Origin: an uncultured Bacteriovorax sp.
Lineage (GTDB): Bacteria > Bdellovibrionota > UBA2428
Length of the DNA stretch: 56,497 nucleotides
Direction: 5' to 3'
NCBI GenBank assembly: GCA_964640545.1
Contig: CAZXHL010000004.1
Coordinates: 1-56,497 of the forward strand
The translations under genes and the position numbers were made by a program. Positions 55,569 to 56,497 of the stretch are shown in pieces (the first letter of the stretch is position 1; the number at the start of each line of letters is the position of its first letter). A model generated the notes under the pieces. The model was not told the origin of the DNA. It worked only from the letters and a program-made list of their open reading frames with translations, and did not search any database.

Positions 55569-56357
55569 ATGAAGTATTTAAAATTCTGGTTCAGCTTCCT
55601 TCGCAATTCCCTCATTCGTCAGCTCGAATACAAAGCTAACTTTATCGGCAGGCTTATCATCGAAGTTTTTTGGGTGGGAACCCAGATCATTTTCTTCAAA
55701 GCGATCTTTCTTCAGATCGATAGTTTTGCTGGATGGAAGGAAGGCGAGATTTATCTCTTTGTCGGATGTCTCTACGTGGTTGATGGTCTTCACGTGACCT
55801 TGATGAGTGACAACCAAAACAAATTTGGCGGTCTGATTCGAATGGGAATGTTTGATTTTTATTTACTTCGTCCGATCTCATCATTTTTTATTTCAAGCTT
55901 TCGATTTGTGAATTTACCCGGAATCGTGAATCTTTCCGCCGCTGCCATCATCATCGGATATACGCTGAATCAGGGACTCGTCGAAATCAGCCTACCGAGT
56001 CTCATTCTTTTGTTTTTCCATTTGATGGCGGGACTGGGATTGTTGATGTGCCTAGCTGTCACAGCCATGGCCATGGCGTTCTGGGCCACTCAAGTTGAGA
56101 ACCTCAACTGGTTATTCTACGAGTTGTATCGATTGGGCTGGCGCCCCGAAAACCTGTATCCGACCTGGATGAAGCGTTTTCTACTCGGTATTTTTCCCGC
56201 AGCTTTTTTCATTTCCGTTCCAGCGCAGATTGCTTTAGGAAAATTGAGCGGACCATTTTGGATTGCGGCGCCCTTTCTTTGGTTTGTCGTCGCGGCGACT
56301 CTCGCCTCTATCGTTTGGAAGAAAGGACTCAAGCGCTACGAAGGTGCGCTTAGCTAA
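55569..56357 (+). CDS. ABC-2-type transporter permease (second subunit)
   Basis: 262 aa with about 6 hydrophobic helices. Starts 3 nt after the previous stop. C-terminal ...KKGLKRYEGALS is paralogous to the previous permease tail. Confidence 0.7.
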   Translation: MKYLKFWFSFLRNSLIRQLEYKANFIGRLIIEVFWVGTQIIFFKAIFLQIDSFAGWKEGEIYLFVGCLYVVDGLHVTLMSDNQNKFGGLIRMGMFDFYLLRPISSFFISSFRFVNLPGIVNLSAAAIIIGYTLNQGLVEISLPSLILLFFHLMAGLGLLMCLAVTAMAMAFWATQVENLNWLFYELYRLGWRPENLYPTWMKRFLLGIFPAAFFISVPAQIALGKLSGPFWIAAPFLWFVVAATLASIVWKKGLKRYEGALS

Positions 56358-56448
56358 AGCTGCGGGTAGGAAAAGTTAGCAGCCCATTTATGGTGGTCTT
56401 CTAGAGGATATAAAATATTTAAGTTTAGACATAGGACTATGGGGTGAA

Positions 56449-56488
56449 TTGCAGGCGCCAGCCTGCAAGAGGGGAGTAGCACTCCCCT
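56449..56488. other. Two adjacent GC-rich perfect hairpins at the right window edge (unassigned)
   Basis: TTGCAGGC-GCCA-GCCTGCAA (56449..56468) is immediately followed by AGGGGAGT-AGC-ACTCCCCT (56470..56488). No flanking U-tract. The window ends at 56497. Confidence 0.4.
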
Positions 56489-56497
56489 TGTCCTGTG

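Overview
This is a gene-dense 56.5 kb chromosomal window with about 50 protein genes, one tRNA-Val(GAC), and no rRNA. I found no CRISPR array, transposase or integrase.

Most of the window is housekeeping, arranged in long and often translationally coupled operons:
- Left edge: yebC (partial), fadD, rsmJ.
- A long minus-strand run: lptD-accD, rsmI, truA-asd-pssA, fbaB, pyrG, uvrB.
- Near the right end: gap-pgk-tpiA-secG on the plus strand.

Second-messenger genes are interspersed with these. They include a CHASE2 class III cyclase next to a Crp-like cNMP-binding protein, and a soluble histidine kinase / acidic coiled-coil protein / GGDEF operon. There is also an orphan STAS protein and a stand-alone T2SSE_N-like domain protein.

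The clearly non-housekeeping part is 3.0-17.0 kb, an uninterrupted run of exported proteins. Its core (6461..13731) holds two paralogous pairs, each made of a lytic-transglycosylase-like protein (ES...GLFQF...NAxCG) and a Cys-His hydrolase-like protein (SC[IV]G...GYHV...IE[SA]HS). The two pairs sit back-to-back on opposite strands with their internal order swapped. They are flanked by a 313-aa His-rich exported protein and by a signal-peptide-bearing DdpX/VanX-type D-Ala-D-Ala dipeptidase. That dipeptidase is translationally coupled to a 1093-aa Cys-periodic exported giant. I read this block as a candidate uncharacterised secreted cell-wall-attacking gene set. It is my top candidate for the novel system.

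Other accessory items:
- An S8 protease followed by a separate propeptide/I9-like protein.
- A 1006-aa orphan lipoprotein.
- A Gly-rich exported protein.
- An SGNH lipase next to an ABC-2 transporter.
- A hidden 30-codon hydrophobic micro-ORF abutting secG.

The TIGR02147-like gene and the density of exported hydrolases suggest a Bdellovibrio-like predatory lineage, but that is inference only. All functional calls come from motif recognition by eye; no database search was run.
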